Assembly (NCBI GenBank): GCA_016290135.1
Contig: JAEESW010000009.1
Span: 3,174-67,173, forward strand
DNA: 64,000 nt
Direction: 5' to 3'
Source of the DNA: a bacterium
GTDB taxonomy: Bacteria > UBP6 > UBA1177
Positions 1 through 11,449 of this stretch are shown here, in pieces. Both the position numbers and the translations under genes were made by a program. How positions within the stretch are numbered: the stretch's first letter is position 1; every line of letters begins with the position of its first letter. The notes beneath the pieces were generated by a model. That model was not told the DNA's origin and ran no database searches. It saw only the letters and a list, made by a program, of their open reading frames with translations.

Positions 1-1704
1 GCTGCCGAAGTCATGAAGATGAAATCAGTCGTTCCGTTTCAGATCATCAAGGCTGCAAACGGCGATGCGTGGGTAAAGATCGAAGACAAAGAGTACAGCC
101 CGCAGCAGATCTCTGCTATGGTACTCAGCAAAATGAAAGAGACCGCTGAAGAATACCTGGGCGAGAAGGTAACTGATGCAGTCATCACGGTTCCTGCTTA
201 CTTCAACGACTCTCAGAGACAGGCAACGAAAGACGCCGGCAAGATCGCAGGACTCAACGTCCTCCGTATCATAAACGAGCCTACTGCTGCAGCGCTTGCC
301 TACGGCGTTGACAACAAAGGAAAGGATATGAAGATCGCGGTTTACGATCTCGGCGGCGGAACATTCGATATCTCTATCCTTGAGCTCGGCGACGGCGTTT
401 TCGAAGTTCTTTCGACGAACGGCGATACATTCCTGGGCGGCGAAGACTTCGACCAGAGGATCATCGAGTTCCTTGTAAACGAGTTCAAGAAAGACCAGGG
501 AATCGACCTTTCGAACGACCCGATGGCGCTTCAGAGACTCAAAGAAGCTGCGGAAAAAGCAAAACACGAGCTTTCTTCGACGATGGAAACAAACATCAAC
601 CTTCCGTTCATCACGGCTGACGCAACGGGTCCGAAACACCTCAACATCACGATGTCGAGAGCTAAACTCGAAAGCCTTGTAGAAGACCTTGCGAGAAAGA
701 CTCTTGAACCGTGCAGAAAGGTCCTTGCAGACGCGAAACTTACTGTAAACGATATCGATGAAGTCATCATGGTCGGCGGTATGACGCGTATGCCGATAGT
801 CCAGAGACTCGTAAAAGAGTTCTTCCAGAAAGAGCTTCACAAAGGTGTAAACCCTGATGAAGTCGTTGCTATAGGTGCTGCGATCCAGGGCGGCGTTCTG
901 AAAGGCGATGTAAAGGATATCCTCCTTCTCGATGTAACCCCGCTTTCACTCGGAATCGAGACTCTGGGCGGTGTCTTCACGAAACTTATCCCGAGAAACA
1001 CCACGATCCCGACCAAGAAGACCGAGATCTTCTCGACCGCGGTCGACAACCAGCCTGGCGTTCAGATCAGAGTCTTCCAGGGCGAAAGAACTATTGCCAA
1101 CGAGAACAAGCTTCTGGGCGAATTCGAACTTAAGGACATTCCGCCGGCTCCGAGAGGTGTTCCGAAAATCGAAGTAAGTTTCGATATCGATGCCAACGGT
1201 ATTCTTAACGTAAGTGCGAAAGATCTGGGCACGAACAAAGAGAACAAGATCGTCATCAAGGCTGGAAGCGGTCTTAGCGATGAAGAGATCGAGAGAATGG
1301 TCAACGAAGCCGAGAAGAACAAAGAGGAAGATGAGAAGAGAAAGAAACTCATCGAGACCAAGAACAACGCGGAACAGCTGATCTACACGACCGAAAAATC
1401 GCTCAAAGAATACGGCGACAAAGTTTCGGCTGACGATAAAGCCGCGATCGAAACGAAACTTCAGGAACTTCGTGATGCTGCCGCTACCGATGACGCAACC
1501 AGGATCGAAACCGCTATAAACGAGCTCAATCAGGCAGCATACAAACTTGCAGAAGTCATTTACAAATCGGCTTCGGCAAACGGTCAGAATCCGATGGACG
1601 GAATGGGCGGCACAGGCGGAACAGGTGATCCGAATCCGGGTGAATATAACCCGAACAAAAACGATGACGATGTCGTCGACGCCGACTTTACCGAAAAGAA
1701 ATAA
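1..1704 (+). CDS. dnaK: molecular chaperone DnaK (Hsp70), 5'-partial (N-terminus upstream of window)
   Basis: ORF 13..1704 is in frame from nt 1. Hsp70 motifs [41 protein letters not shown]; substrate-binding and lid domains present. About 100 N-terminal aa are missing at the window edge. Confidence 0.97.
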   Translation, partial: AAEVMKMKSVVPFQIIKAANGDAWVKIEDKEYSPQQISAMVLSKMKETAEEYLGEKVTDAVITVPAYFNDSQRQATKDAGKIAGLNVLRIINEPTAAALAYGVDNKGKDMKIAVYDLGGGTFDISILELGDGVFEVLSTNGDTFLGGEDFDQRIIEFLVNEFKKDQGIDLSNDPMALQRLKEAAEKAKHELSSTMETNINLPFITADATGPKHLNITMSRAKLESLVEDLARKTLEPCRKVLADAKLTVNDIDEVIMVGGMTRMPIVQRLVKEFFQKELHKGVNPDEVVAIGAAIQGGVLKGDVKDILLLDVTPLSLGIETLGGVFTKLIPRNTTIPTKKTEIFSTAVDNQPGVQIRVFQGERTIANENKLLGEFELKDIPPAPRGVPKIEVSFDIDANGILNVSAKDLGTNKENKIVIKAGSGLSDEEIERMVNEAEKNKEEDEKRKKLIETKNNAEQLIYTTEKSLKEYGDKVSADDKAAIETKLQELRDAAATDDATRIETAINELNQAAYKLAEVIYKSASANGQNPMDGMGGTGGTGDPNPGEYNPNKNDDDVVDADFTEKK

Positions 1705-1726
1705 TACCGGAGGCGCTTTTTTTAAG

Positions 1727-1754
1727 GCCGGGCTCATGCCCGGCTCTCTTTTTA
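1727..1754 (+). terminator. rho-independent terminator after dnaK
   Basis: GCCGGGC-TCAT-GCCCGGC hairpin followed by TCTCTTTTTAT. Confidence 0.6.
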
Positions 1755-1781
1755 TAACGGGATCTACGGAGTTTTAACGTT

Positions 1782-2933
1782 ATGGCTGGCAAGCAGGATT
1801 ATTATGAATTGCTCGGTGTGGCAAAGACCGCGGCACCAGAGGAGATCAAGAAAGCATACAAAAAAATGGCGATGAAGTATCATCCCGACAGAAATCCCGG
1901 CGATAAAGAGGCAGAGGAAAAGTTCAAAAAGGTGAATGAGGCTTACGAAGTCTTGTCAAACCCCGAAAAACGCCAGATCTACGACCAGTACGGTGAGGAC
2001 GGGCTTAAAGGCAGTTTCGGTGCGGGAGCTGAGGGAGCTGATTTCTCCGAAATGTTCAAAAACGCAGGTTTCGGCGGCGGCTTCAGCAATCTGGGCGATA
2101 TTTTCGACAGTATGTTCGGCGGCGGAGGAAGAGGCCGCGCGAGGAACATGCCGCAGCAGGGAACTGATCTGATCACGAAGATAATCGTTACGTTCAAGGA
2201 GTCCTATACCGGAACTTCAAAAGAAATCTCGTTCAACCGCTCTTCGTCATGCCAGTTCTGCAACGGAACGGGCGCAGAGTCGGGAAGTTCGCGCAAAGCG
2301 TGCCCGACCTGTAAAGGAAGCGGTCAGGTCAGAAGCGGAAACGGCTTCTTCTCGATCTCTCAGACTTGTCCGACATGTCACGGAGAAGGGTCTATTATCG
2401 AAAAACCGTGTACTCACTGCCACGGAACAGGATTCCTCAAAGAGACCAAGAAAGTCGAAGTCAAAGTTCCGGCCGGCATTGCCGACGGTATGCAGATCCG
2501 CGTTGCCGGAGAGGGAAACTCAGGGCTCAACGGCGGACCGAGAGGCGATGTGTACGTCGAGGTCAGGGTCAAGAGCGATGAACTTTTCCTGCGTGAAGGG
2601 AACGATATTTATGTCGAGATCCCGATAACTTACTCGCAGGCTGCACTCGGGGATAAGATCGAAGTCCCGACGATGGACGGAACTGTCGAGATGACTCTGC
2701 CGGCGGGAACTCAGCCCAACACGAAAATGCGGCTCAAAGACAAAGGTTTCCCCGATGTCCACGGCCGCGGCAAGGGCGTTCTTTATGTCATTTTCAAACT
2801 CGAAGTGCCGAGGAACCTTTCCGACGGACACAAAGAGGCGATCATGAAGCTCAAAGAGTTCGAAAAAGAGATCAAGGAGCGGCCGACTTTGAAGGATTAT
2901 CTTGAAAAAATCAAAAAATGGTTCGGTAAATAG
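1782..2933 (+). CDS. dnaJ: molecular chaperone DnaJ
   Basis: J-domain with HPD (KYHPDRNPGD); Gly/Phe-rich linker; four CxxCxGxG zinc-finger repeats; C-terminal client-binding domains. Confidence 0.95.
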   Translation: MAGKQDYYELLGVAKTAAPEEIKKAYKKMAMKYHPDRNPGDKEAEEKFKKVNEAYEVLSNPEKRQIYDQYGEDGLKGSFGAGAEGADFSEMFKNAGFGGGFSNLGDIFDSMFGGGGRGRARNMPQQGTDLITKIIVTFKESYTGTSKEISFNRSSSCQFCNGTGAESGSSRKACPTCKGSGQVRSGNGFFSISQTCPTCHGEGSIIEKPCTHCHGTGFLKETKKVEVKVPAGIADGMQIRVAGEGNSGLNGGPRGDVYVEVRVKSDELFLREGNDIYVEIPITYSQAALGDKIEVPTMDGTVEMTLPAGTQPNTKMRLKDKGFPDVHGRGKGVLYVIFKLEVPRNLSDGHKEAIMKLKEFEKEIKERPTLKDYLEKIKKWFGK

Positions 2934-3085
2934 TTCTCTTTTTCCGGGCTGTCGTGCTTGTAAGGAGCGCAGTCAGGTCTTTGCTTTATTAGAATATCAT
3001 ATAAATTTTCTTTAAAAACTTGCGGATTTCACTGTTTTATGGTAAAGGGCGGCGGCTTTTTTTAACAACTCTCAGGAGGTTTTTC

Positions 3086-3832
3086 ATGTCAGGCCACAAT
3101 AAGTGGAGCACGATCAAGCACAAAAAAGGTGCTGCAGATGCAAAAAGAGGCAAAATTTTTACGAAACTCATCAAAGAAATCACGATAGCTGCGAAAGGCG
3201 GCGGCGGAGACCCTGACGGTAACCCGCGTCTTAAAACCGCCATCCAGTCGGCGAAAGCGGCTAACATGCCTCTCGACAATATCACCCGTGCGATCAAAAA
3301 AGGAACCGGTGAACTTGAAGGTTCGAGCTACGAAGAGGCAACATACGAGGGATACGGTCCGGGCGGAGTTGCGGTCATGGTCGACTGCCTTACCGACAAC
3401 AAGAACAGAACTGTTTCCGAGATCAGAAGGATCTTCACGAAAGCCGGCGGCAATATGGGCAACAACGGCTGCGTAAACTGGATGTTCAGCCAGAAAGGCC
3501 AGATCATCATCCCGAAAGAGGGCGTTGACGAGGAAAAACTTATGGAAGACGCTCTTGAAGCCGGTGCTGAAGATGTCATCGACAACGACGAAGTTTGGGA
3601 AGTAAGGACAGAGATGGGCGATGTTTATGCCGTTTCCGGCGCGCTCACCGAAAAGGGATACCAGTTCGAAGAAGCGAAGATCGCACGTATCCCGCAGAAT
3701 TTCGTAAAAGTCGAAGGTAAAGTCGCTGAGCAGGTCCTCAAGCTCATGGAAGCATTCGATGACAGCGACGATGTTCAGGATGTCTATGCGAACTACGACA
3801 TAGATTTCAGCCAGCTGCCAGAGGAAGAATAG
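3086..3832 (+). CDS. yebC: YebC/PmpR family DNA-binding transcriptional regulator
   Basis: [26 protein letters not shown] signature; ATG at 3086 preceded by AGGAGG. The ORF-track start 3020 is an upstream extension. Confidence 0.9.
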   Translation: MSGHNKWSTIKHKKGAADAKRGKIFTKLIKEITIAAKGGGGDPDGNPRLKTAIQSAKAANMPLDNITRAIKKGTGELEGSSYEEATYEGYGPGGVAVMVDCLTDNKNRTVSEIRRIFTKAGGNMGNNGCVNWMFSQKGQIIIPKEGVDEEKLMEDALEAGAEDVIDNDEVWEVRTEMGDVYAVSGALTEKGYQFEEAKIARIPQNFVKVEGKVAEQVLKLMEAFDDSDDVQDVYANYDIDFSQLPEEE

Positions 3833-3838
3833 TCTATC

Positions 3839-4318
3839 TTGGATAAACAAGGCTACATCATTTTAGGGATCGACCCCGGCAGCATCAAAACGGGTTACGG
3901 CCTGATAAATGCTGCCGGGCGTTCTTTTTTTCACATTGACAATGGTCTCATAATGCCGCCTAAAGGGCTCGATTTCAAAGAGAGGATCGGCTTCATCTTC
4001 CGCGGCGTATGCGACATTATGGACGAATTCAAGCCGAATGTGGTCGCTTTGGAAGACGTTTTCATCGCGAAAAACGCTCAGAGCGCACTGAAACTCGGTC
4101 ATGTCAGAGGAGCCGTCATGAGTGCCGCCGCGATCCACGGACTTCCCCTTTTCGAATATACTCCGACAAGGGTAAAACAATCGGTCACAGGCAACGGCAG
4201 AGCGGAAAAATTCCAGATCCAGGAGATGATAAAGATCCTTCTCAGGCTCAAGGAAGCTCCTTACGAAGACGCTGCAGACGCACTTGCAATAGCAATAACT
4301 CATGCATTTACGGTGTAA
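3839..4318 (+). CDS. ruvC: crossover junction endodeoxyribonuclease RuvC
   Basis: ILGIDPGS..TGYG N-terminal catalytic motif, about 159 aa. Alternative (TTG-type) start at 3839. Confidence 0.9.
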   Translation: MDKQGYIILGIDPGSIKTGYGLINAAGRSFFHIDNGLIMPPKGLDFKERIGFIFRGVCDIMDEFKPNVVALEDVFIAKNAQSALKLGHVRGAVMSAAAIHGLPLFEYTPTRVKQSVTGNGRAEKFQIQEMIKILLRLKEAPYEDAADALAIAITHAFTV

Positions 4319-4320
4319 AA

Positions 4321-4926
4321 ATGATAGGTTATCTTAAAGGAACAGTCGTTGCAAACGAAGACCGCGAACTTACGGTCCTCACCGAAGGCGGTGTCGGATA
4401 CGTTGTCGGCGTAACTCCGACTTTGACTGTCAAATATCCGGAAGGAGAGACAGTTTCGCTTTTCGTCCAGACTTTCGTCAGGGAAGACGCGATAGACCTT
4501 TACGGATTCGAGAGGAACGAGGAAAAACACCTTTTCAACATGCTGTGCGAAGTGAACAAGATCGGACCGAAAACAGCACTTTCGATCCTTGCGGCGGCTC
4601 CGATCGAAGAGATCGTTTCGGCGATACTTTCCGGCAACGCACAGTTCTTCAAGAAAATAAGCGGAGTCGGTGCGAAAACTGCCGAGAAGATCATCATCGA
4701 TCTGAAAGACAAGGCCGATAAATTCTCTGCAATTGCTGCCGGTTCTTCGGAAACGGCAAAGGTCGTTTCGACCGACAAGCAGATACGTGAAGCTGCTGAC
4801 GCGCTTGCCGCTCTGGGCTTCAACCCGCTTCAGATCAGGCATGCAATGGCAAAAATAGAGGATAAGGAATCGAAGAGAGCTGAAGAAATCATCAGAGAGG
4901 CTCTCAAAGTTATCAGAAACCTCTGA
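4321..4926 (+). CDS. ruvA: Holliday junction DNA helicase RuvA
   Basis: MIGYLKGTV... OB-fold N-terminus, HhH region ([22 protein letters not shown]), C-terminal RuvB-interaction domain. ATG at 4321 lies 3 nt after the ruvC stop. ORF-track 4009.. is an out-of-context upstream extension overlapping ruvC. Confidence 0.9.
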   Translation: MIGYLKGTVVANEDRELTVLTEGGVGYVVGVTPTLTVKYPEGETVSLFVQTFVREDAIDLYGFERNEEKHLFNMLCEVNKIGPKTALSILAAAPIEEIVSAILSGNAQFFKKISGVGAKTAEKIIIDLKDKADKFSAIAAGSSETAKVVSTDKQIREAADALAALGFNPLQIRHAMAKIEDKESKRAEEIIREALKVIRNL

Positions 4927-4939
4927 TCAGGTGAATGTC

Positions 4940-5959
4940 ATGAACGAAGAAAGATTGCTCAATTCGCAGGAACTTCCCGAAGATTCGTCGCTTGAAGGCG
5001 GGCTCAGACCTAAGAATCTAAGCGGCTACATCGGACAGAAAGCTGTCGTTGACAACGTGAAAATATTTATCGAAGCAGCAAAAAAGAACGGGCGTCCGCT
5101 TGATCACCTCCTTCTCGCAGGTCCTCCCGGACTCGGCAAAACCACTCTCAGCCAGATAATTGCCAATGAAATGGGGGTCGATATGTTCTCGACTTCAGGT
5201 CCTGTCATTGAGAAAAAGGGAGACCTTGCCGGTCTGCTCACTCCTTTGCAGGAAGGCGATGTCCTCTTTATCGACGAGATCCACCGCCTGAATCCGGCTG
5301 TTGAAGAGAGTCTTTACCCAGCCATGGAGGATTTCCGCTTCGATATCATGCTCGGACAGGGCGAGAATGCTAAAAGCGTGCCTCTTCCGCTGCAGCCGTT
5401 CACGCTTATCGGCGCGACAACAAAGACAGGCCTTCTTTCAAGCCCGCTGCGCGACAGATTCCAGATAGTTTTCAGAATGGATTATTACAATGTCGAAGAC
5501 CTTGAAACTATCGTCAAGCGCTCGGCAAAAGTTTTGGGTATAACAATTGATGATGCCGGAGCCCACGAAATAGCAAGACGTTCGCGCGGAACTCCGCGAA
5601 TCGCGAACAGGATCCTGAAGCGGGTCCGCGATTTCGCCCTTGTCAAAGGAAACGGAGACATCGACATCGCCATCGCGAGATATGCTCTCAACCAGATGGA
5701 AATCGACGAGGACGGTCTTGACCAGATGGACAGGACGATCCTTATGACGATAATCGAGTCTTTCCGCGGAGGACCTGTAGGAATCGAAGCGATCGCGGCA
5801 AGTGTCAGCGAGGAGAGACGCACTCTTGAGGATGTTTACGAACCTTACCTCATCAAATCCGGTTTTATCGCAAGGACCGCGAAAGGAAGAATGGTCACGA
5901 AAAAGACTTTGGACAAGTTCGGAATCAAGGCGAACGAAATACAGGGAGACCTTTTTTGA
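4940..5959 (+). CDS. ruvB: Holliday junction branch migration ATPase RuvB
   Basis: Walker [10 protein letters not shown]; Walker [10 protein letters not shown]; sensor and arginine-finger regions. ATG at 4940 (the ORF track uses GTG 4931). Confidence 0.95.
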   Translation: MNEERLLNSQELPEDSSLEGGLRPKNLSGYIGQKAVVDNVKIFIEAAKKNGRPLDHLLLAGPPGLGKTTLSQIIANEMGVDMFSTSGPVIEKKGDLAGLLTPLQEGDVLFIDEIHRLNPAVEESLYPAMEDFRFDIMLGQGENAKSVPLPLQPFTLIGATTKTGLLSSPLRDRFQIVFRMDYYNVEDLETIVKRSAKVLGITIDDAGAHEIARRSRGTPRIANRILKRVRDFALVKGNGDIDIAIARYALNQMEIDEDGLDQMDRTILMTIIESFRGGPVGIEAIAASVSEERRTLEDVYEPYLIKSGFIARTAKGRMVTKKTLDKFGIKANEIQGDLF

Positions 5960-7179
5960 GGAAATTTTACGAAGAGCTTAAAAAGATAGAGGATTTTTCC
6001 TCTTTCGACCGAAGCAGACTCCTTGAATACATCCACAGACAGAAGTTCGAAGCAACGGCTCTGTGCGCTCTGGGCCCCACTTTCTGGGTAGAGCTCGACT
6101 ATGTTGCAGGACTTGCGAGATCAGTTTTTTCCGGCATTACCGATGAAAAGAAAAGTTTCTTTATTCAAAGCGTCATGCCGCTCATGCAGGAAAAGATCGC
6201 TCCGATAAAGAAAATAGAAAAAGCTCTCCCTGAAAGCGAATTCTTCTATCTCAAAAAGGATCTGAAAACATTCGAGGATATTTTTTCGCACGCTTCGAAT
6301 CTGATGAACAAAAGGCTTGACTATTTTATGCCCTATCCGCTGTTTCTTCATGCGATGAATTCGATGACGGTGCTTTATCCGCTGCGTGAAAAGTCGTGTG
6401 ATGCCGGGACGGTGGCGAGAAGAAACTACGACATTCTGCTCGCGCGCTATCTTGCAGGCGATTTTTCCGCTCAGCTGGTCGATATAATCGATTATCTCAT
6501 CTGGGTCCAGGCGGTCTCTTCCAAAGCTCTCGACAACGACAGGGCACTTTTCAGGAACCAGATCGTAAAGCGGCTTTTTAATTTTATAGATACTGAATCC
6601 GATTTTTCAAACGGGAATGAATATTCGGCAAAAAGCTTTGTCTTCGAACTGCACGAGGTGCTGACCGATATCAGCATTAAAGGGCGCGTCAAAGAGCTTT
6701 ACAGCAAGATCCTTGATTCCGAGGTGAGTGTCGGAGAGTGTCTCAGAACGATAGTTTCGATATTTTTGGATCCGCAGTCTGTCGCAGGTCAGGCCAACGC
6801 CTTGAGGGATCTGATGATAGCTGCCGATCTCGCTTCGTCTGTTGTAAAGCACATTAAAGAGGGCAACAACAGAGGCCTTTATGAAGACATCGCGCTTTCA
6901 AAAGCGTTGAAACCTTATTTTATGCAGGTCTCGCGCCACATGCTCGGTTTAAGCGAAGATATGGAGATGTACAGGCTGTTCGAGATCATGTTTTATCTTG
7001 AGGAGACTGCTCCTTCTTTCATAATGCACGAAGACATCGTGACACTGCTTGAAAACTCGACGGAAAAATTTGAAAACCACAAAACTGCTATGTCAAAGAC
7101 TCTTGACAGGACTCTTGATCCTGAGGCTGCCGAACTTTTCAAGGCCAAGATGAAGCAGGTCTATGCCGGAAAACTTTAA
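5956..7179 (+). CDS. hypothetical all-alpha protein, translationally coupled to ruvB
   Basis: 407-aa ORF with no domain I recognise. TTG start overlaps the ruvB stop (TTGA). Same strand and tight spacing with flanking genes. Confidence 0.6.
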   Translation: MRKFYEELKKIEDFSSFDRSRLLEYIHRQKFEATALCALGPTFWVELDYVAGLARSVFSGITDEKKSFFIQSVMPLMQEKIAPIKKIEKALPESEFFYLKKDLKTFEDIFSHASNLMNKRLDYFMPYPLFLHAMNSMTVLYPLREKSCDAGTVARRNYDILLARYLAGDFSAQLVDIIDYLIWVQAVSSKALDNDRALFRNQIVKRLFNFIDTESDFSNGNEYSAKSFVFELHEVLTDISIKGRVKELYSKILDSEVSVGECLRTIVSIFLDPQSVAGQANALRDLMIAADLASSVVKHIKEGNNRGLYEDIALSKALKPYFMQVSRHMLGLSEDMEMYRLFEIMFYLEETAPSFIMHEDIVTLLENSTEKFENHKTAMSKTLDRTLDPEAAELFKAKMKQVYAGKL

Positions 7180-7209
7180 TTGTTTTCATTGTTATCATGA
7201 GGTGGAACT

Positions 7210-8976
7210 ATGGATAAACGCTGGAATCTCGATGTCCTTTACACAGGTTTCGATTCGCCGGAATTTACAGGTGACTGCAAAAAACTCGATTCGAAGAACG
7301 AAGAATACGAAAGATTTGCAGGAGATCTCTCCAAAAGCGGCGATGTTGCAGAAACTCTGAAAAAATATGTCGCGCTCAGATCCGAAATTACTGCGCTGAC
7401 GGAAAAGCTTTTCTGTTTCGCAAATCTCTCCTTCTGCGCTGACACAAACAACGCAAAAGCCAATTCATACATCGAAGCGGCAACGGTGAAGCAGAACAGG
7501 ACGACGCTCACCGACATCAAATTCATAAAATGGCTCTCTTCGAGCGGTTTTGATCCGAAAACTCTGCGCGGAACAGCTCTCGAAGACTGCATTTTCCACT
7601 TTGAAGAACTCATCGCAAAAGGGCGGCACATTCTTGACGACCAGACTGAACAGATCATTTCCGATCTCAAGATCACCGGTTCTTATGCGTGGATGAACCT
7701 TCATAATGTCCTTGTCGGCTCTCTCACAGGAGAGATCGCCGACTCAGACGGAAAAAGCGTGACGAAACCGATCTCACAGATCCGCGCCCTTGCATATTCC
7801 GAAAACGCGGAAAGGAGAAAAAGGGCCTATGAATCGGAGATGAAGGCGTACCGGAAGGTCGAAAAGTCCGTTGCAGCCTGTATAAACGCTATAAAAGGCG
7901 AGTCGATAACTTTGGCGAAAATGCGCGGTTACACTTCACCGCTTGAGATGGTCCTCGCCAAAAACAGAATGGAAAAGAGCATCATCGACACGATGTTCAC
8001 GGCGATAAGAGAATATCTCCCGTGTTTCAGAGCCTACTATAAGAAGAAAGCGGAAATGCTGGGACACAGCGGTCCGCTTCCTTTTTATGACCTTTTCGCG
8101 CCTGTTGCAGAAGGAGTTCAATCGAATTTTACTTACGAAGAGGCTGCGGATTTCATAGTCGAGAAATTTTCGACTTTCAGCAGAAAACTCGGTGAATTCG
8201 CAAGAAATGCGTTCGACAACAGCTGGATAGACGCTGAGATCAGGGAAGGAAAGGTCGGCGGAGCTTTCTGCGAGAATCTTTTTGCGGTTTCTCAAAGCAG
8301 GATCCTCGCCAATTTCGACGGCTCATACAACGATGTCACAACGATAGCCCATGAACTCGGTCATGCGTTCCACGGGCACTGCCTTGACGGCAACGTGATA
8401 CTGAACACCGAATATCCTTCTCCGCTTGCCGAAACTGCCTCTATTTTCTGCGAAACTATAATCAACAAAGCGGCGCTCAAAGAGGCTGATAAGGAGACGG
8501 CCCTTGCGATCCTCGAAGCTGATATCTCTGCGGCGGGACAGGTCATAGTCGATATTTACAGCCGTTATCTTTTTGAAACCGCGCTCTTCAAAGCACGCGA
8601 ATCGGCTCCGCTTTCAGCTGAAGAACTCTGCAAAGAAATGACCAGAGCGCAGATCGCATCCTACGGCGACGGGCTTGATGAAAATGTTCTTCATCCCTAC
8701 CTCTGGCTCATCAAGCCGCACTACTACAATCCTGACTGGAATTTCTACAACTTCCCCTATGCTTTCGGGCTCCTTTTCGCAAAAGGGCTTTACGCAAAGT
8801 ACACAGAAACGGGAAGCAGTTTTGTAGAAAAGTATGAATTCCTTCTTTCCGAAACCGGCAAACGGAGCGTGACCGACGTTGCAAAAATAGTTGACGTTGA
8901 CCTGAACGACATAAACTTCTGGAAAAATTCTCTCGAGATCATCAAAGAGGACATCTCGAAATTTCTCGATCTATGA
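7210..8976 (+). CDS. pepF: M3 family oligoendopeptidase F
   Basis: HELGHAFHG zinc motif (HEXXH) with a downstream Glu ligand region; about 588 aa typical of PepF/M3B. GAGGTGG RBS. Confidence 0.85.
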   Translation: MDKRWNLDVLYTGFDSPEFTGDCKKLDSKNEEYERFAGDLSKSGDVAETLKKYVALRSEITALTEKLFCFANLSFCADTNNAKANSYIEAATVKQNRTTLTDIKFIKWLSSSGFDPKTLRGTALEDCIFHFEELIAKGRHILDDQTEQIISDLKITGSYAWMNLHNVLVGSLTGEIADSDGKSVTKPISQIRALAYSENAERRKRAYESEMKAYRKVEKSVAACINAIKGESITLAKMRGYTSPLEMVLAKNRMEKSIIDTMFTAIREYLPCFRAYYKKKAEMLGHSGPLPFYDLFAPVAEGVQSNFTYEEAADFIVEKFSTFSRKLGEFARNAFDNSWIDAEIREGKVGGAFCENLFAVSQSRILANFDGSYNDVTTIAHELGHAFHGHCLDGNVILNTEYPSPLAETASIFCETIINKAALKEADKETALAILEADISAAGQVIVDIYSRYLFETALFKARESAPLSAEELCKEMTRAQIASYGDGLDENVLHPYLWLIKPHYYNPDWNFYNFPYAFGLLFAKGLYAKYTETGSSFVEKYEFLLSETGKRSVTDVAKIVDVDLNDINFWKNSLEIIKEDISKFLDL

Positions 8977-10754
8977 ACAGGAAACTGAAAACAATCATTG
9001 CCGCGGCATTTTTTCTCGCTGTTTCTGCTGCTGCGGCCGTTCACGCTGTTGAAAAAATCTCAAAAGGAAAGATCGACGGATTTTCATCGCGGGCCACAGA
9101 GCTCGTAAAGGCGAAATACGGCATAGATACAGAACTTTCCGGGCTTGACATCGCGTTTTTCCCGCCGCGGATATTCCTCAAAAAAGCGGTTTTCTCGCAC
9201 AGCGGAAGGGAACTCGCAGTCCTTGAAGAATGTGTCTTGAAAGATATCGGGACGATACTCTTTTCAAGTGAAAAAAAATTGAATGCAGCCTGTCTGAAAA
9301 GCAGGATCCATGCTGACAAAGCGCTTTCGATGCACCTTCCTTCAGATCCGGAAGAAAAGAAAAACGCTCAGGATAAAGGGCGCGCAGATCACGCTCTTTC
9401 GCTGCATTTCACAACTGACGCAGAATTTATTTTCGGCGGCATTACGCAGAATTTCACGACTGATCTCACCCTTTCACGTTCCGGCGGAAAGGCATTCTTC
9501 AAAGAGCCGGAATCTTTGGGCGGCGGAAAGGCGGAAGTGCTTTTTTCATTAAAAGAAAGGAATGCTTCAGTCCGTTTCGACGGAATAGACCTTGAAGATT
9601 TCCGCGAAATAATAAAAAACAGGACATCTTTTGAAATATCGGCAGGAAAGATCAGTGCGTTTGCCGAAATAAAGAGCGAAAACGGGAAGATCCGCCTGAA
9701 AAACGATATGACTATCCGTGATCTCGCTTTTTTTCATCCGCTGATCGACTCGCTGCCGTTCACGCTGCCTCTCTTCAGATTCAAAGGAGATATTGCTTTC
9801 GACAAAAATGAAAGATCAGCCGGAACGAAGGATGCGGAGGTCTCGCTCGGAGGGATAAATGCAAAACTTTCGGCGTTTTACAGCAAAAACCGCAAGGAGT
9901 TTTCTATAAAGACCGAATCGGCGAAGCTAAACAAACTCGAAACTCTGATCCACGACGCGGCTTTTGAGGGATATCTCTTCGGCGGGACACTCGAACTTCT
10001 GGCGGAATATTCGCAGGAAGGGGAAGATCCGCCTGTTTTCTCAGTCGTAGGAAACCTTATTGATCCGAAACAGCTTTCGGAGCGCATGGACTATCTCAAA
10101 CGGCCTTTCGAATATATCTGGACCAATGAGAACGGCTCGGAGAGAAAGATATTCGTCGGCGAGCGCAACTACGATTTCACGCCGATATCGCTCATTCCGG
10201 ACCACCTGATCTGGGCTGTCGTAGTTTCGGAAGATGCAGGATTTTTTGTCCACAAAGGAGTCGATTTCCAGGAACTCGACGCTGCGGTGAAGGACAACAT
10301 CAAAAAACACAAGCTGCGCGGCGGCTCAACGATAACCCAGCAGCTTGCGAAAAACCTCTTTTTGAACAGAGACAAAACGCTCATGCGCAAATTCCGGGAA
10401 GTCCTCCTTGCCATAGAACTCGACGCAACCCTTTCAAAAGAGCGCCTTCTTGAAATTTATTTCAACATCATCGAATGGGCACCCGGCATCTTCGGGATCT
10501 CGCAGGCTTCTTACTATTATTTCGGCAAAGAACCTTTCCAGCTCACCCCGCTCGAATCGGCCTACCTCGCCTCAGTCATTCCAGGACCCGCGAAATACCA
10601 CTACATGTTCCTCTCGAAAAACGTGACAGAAAACTGGTACAAAAGCCTTTACAGGAGCCTGAGCATCATGAACGAGACAGGTCCTCTCTCGACTAATGAC
10701 TACTTTGACGCACTGCAGCAGACGATAGTTTTCAGGGAAGCGGAAGAAGATTAA
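8973..10754 (+). CDS. GT51 peptidoglycan transglycosylase with long N-terminal periplasmic extension
   Basis: N-terminal signal/TM ([22 protein letters not shown]). About 400 aa are unassigned. C-terminal GT51 motifs: [42 protein letters not shown] overlap with pepF. Confidence 0.8.
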   Translation: MNRKLKTIIAAAFFLAVSAAAAVHAVEKISKGKIDGFSSRATELVKAKYGIDTELSGLDIAFFPPRIFLKKAVFSHSGRELAVLEECVLKDIGTILFSSEKKLNAACLKSRIHADKALSMHLPSDPEEKKNAQDKGRADHALSLHFTTDAEFIFGGITQNFTTDLTLSRSGGKAFFKEPESLGGGKAEVLFSLKERNASVRFDGIDLEDFREIIKNRTSFEISAGKISAFAEIKSENGKIRLKNDMTIRDLAFFHPLIDSLPFTLPLFRFKGDIAFDKNERSAGTKDAEVSLGGINAKLSAFYSKNRKEFSIKTESAKLNKLETLIHDAAFEGYLFGGTLELLAEYSQEGEDPPVFSVVGNLIDPKQLSERMDYLKRPFEYIWTNENGSERKIFVGERNYDFTPISLIPDHLIWAVVVSEDAGFFVHKGVDFQELDAAVKDNIKKHKLRGGSTITQQLAKNLFLNRDKTLMRKFREVLLAIELDATLSKERLLEIYFNIIEWAPGIFGISQASYYYFGKEPFQLTPLESAYLASVIPGPAKYHYMFLSKNVTENWYKSLYRSLSIMNETGPLSTNDYFDALQQTIVFREAEED

Positions 10755-11449
10755 AGATTTCTCAGTGCGTCAACGAGTTCGGTTTTTGATTTCGTGGTGT
10801 CGTCGACCTGTTTGATGATCTTTGCGGGGACTCCTGCGACTACGCAGCGGGGCGGCACGTCTTTGGTGACTACCGATCCTGCGGCGACTACTGAATCTTC
10901 GCCGACATGGACTCCTTCGAGGATGACGGCGTTGGCTCCGATCATGACTCCGTCGCCGACGACTACCGGTGTCGCGCTCGGAGGCTCTATTACTCCCGCA
11001 AGGACTGTTCCTGCGCCGATGTGGCAGTTTCTGCCGACTATCGCGCGGCCGCCGATCACGGAATTCATGTCGATCATCGTTCCTTCGCCGATGACTGCTC
11101 CGATATTGATGACGGCGCCCATCATTATGACGCACTTGTCGCCTATCTCGGTCATTTCGCGGATGACTGCGCCGGGCTCGATCCTCGCATTGATCTTTGT
11201 GAGGTCTGCAAGCGGTATCGCCGAATTTCTGCGGTCGTTCTCAAAGCGGGTCATCTTCACTTCGGGATGTTTTTCGACAAACGGCACTATCTTTTCGTAT
11301 TCGTCATAAACTTCAATAAAATCAATGCCTTTATAGACTTCAGCAAAAGAAGAGAAGTCGCATTTTTCGATATCGCCTTTGAAAAGCGCACGGACAGGTG
11401 TTTTTTTCTTCGATTCGCTGATGAGTTTTATGATCTCGTATGCGTCCAT
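10751..11449 (-). CDS. dapH: 2,3,4,5-tetrahydropyridine-2,6-dicarboxylate N-acetyltransferase (DapH)
   Basis: Hexapeptide-repeat protein with a DapH block [52 protein letters not shown]. Real start MDAYEII at 11449; the ORF-track N-extension is spurious. Confidence 0.9.
   Translation of the reverse strand: MDAYEIIKLISESKKKTPVRALFKGDIEKCDFSSFAEVYKGIDFIEVYDEYEKIVPFVEKHPEVKMTRFENDRRNSAIPLADLTKINARIEPGAVIREMTEIGDKCVIMMGAVINIGAVIGEGTMIDMNSVIGGRAIVGRNCHIGAGTVLAGVIEPPSATPVVVGDGVMIGANAVILEGVHVGEDSVVAAGSVVTKDVPPRCVVAGVPAKIIKQVDDTTKSKTELVDALRNL

Noticed and set aside
25-1737. Long minus-strand ORFs (25..840, 946..1737) antisense to dnaK
   Set aside because: They overlap an unmistakable dnaK frame and are Arg/Ser-rich shadow ORFs of the codon-biased coding strand.
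4009-4320. 305-aa ORF-track entry starting at 4009 (would extend ruvA upstream over ruvC)
   Set aside because: The first 104 aa are low-complexity Arg-rich translation of the ruvC region in another frame. The genuine RuvA N-terminus MIGYLKG starts at ATG 4321 right after the ruvC stop.
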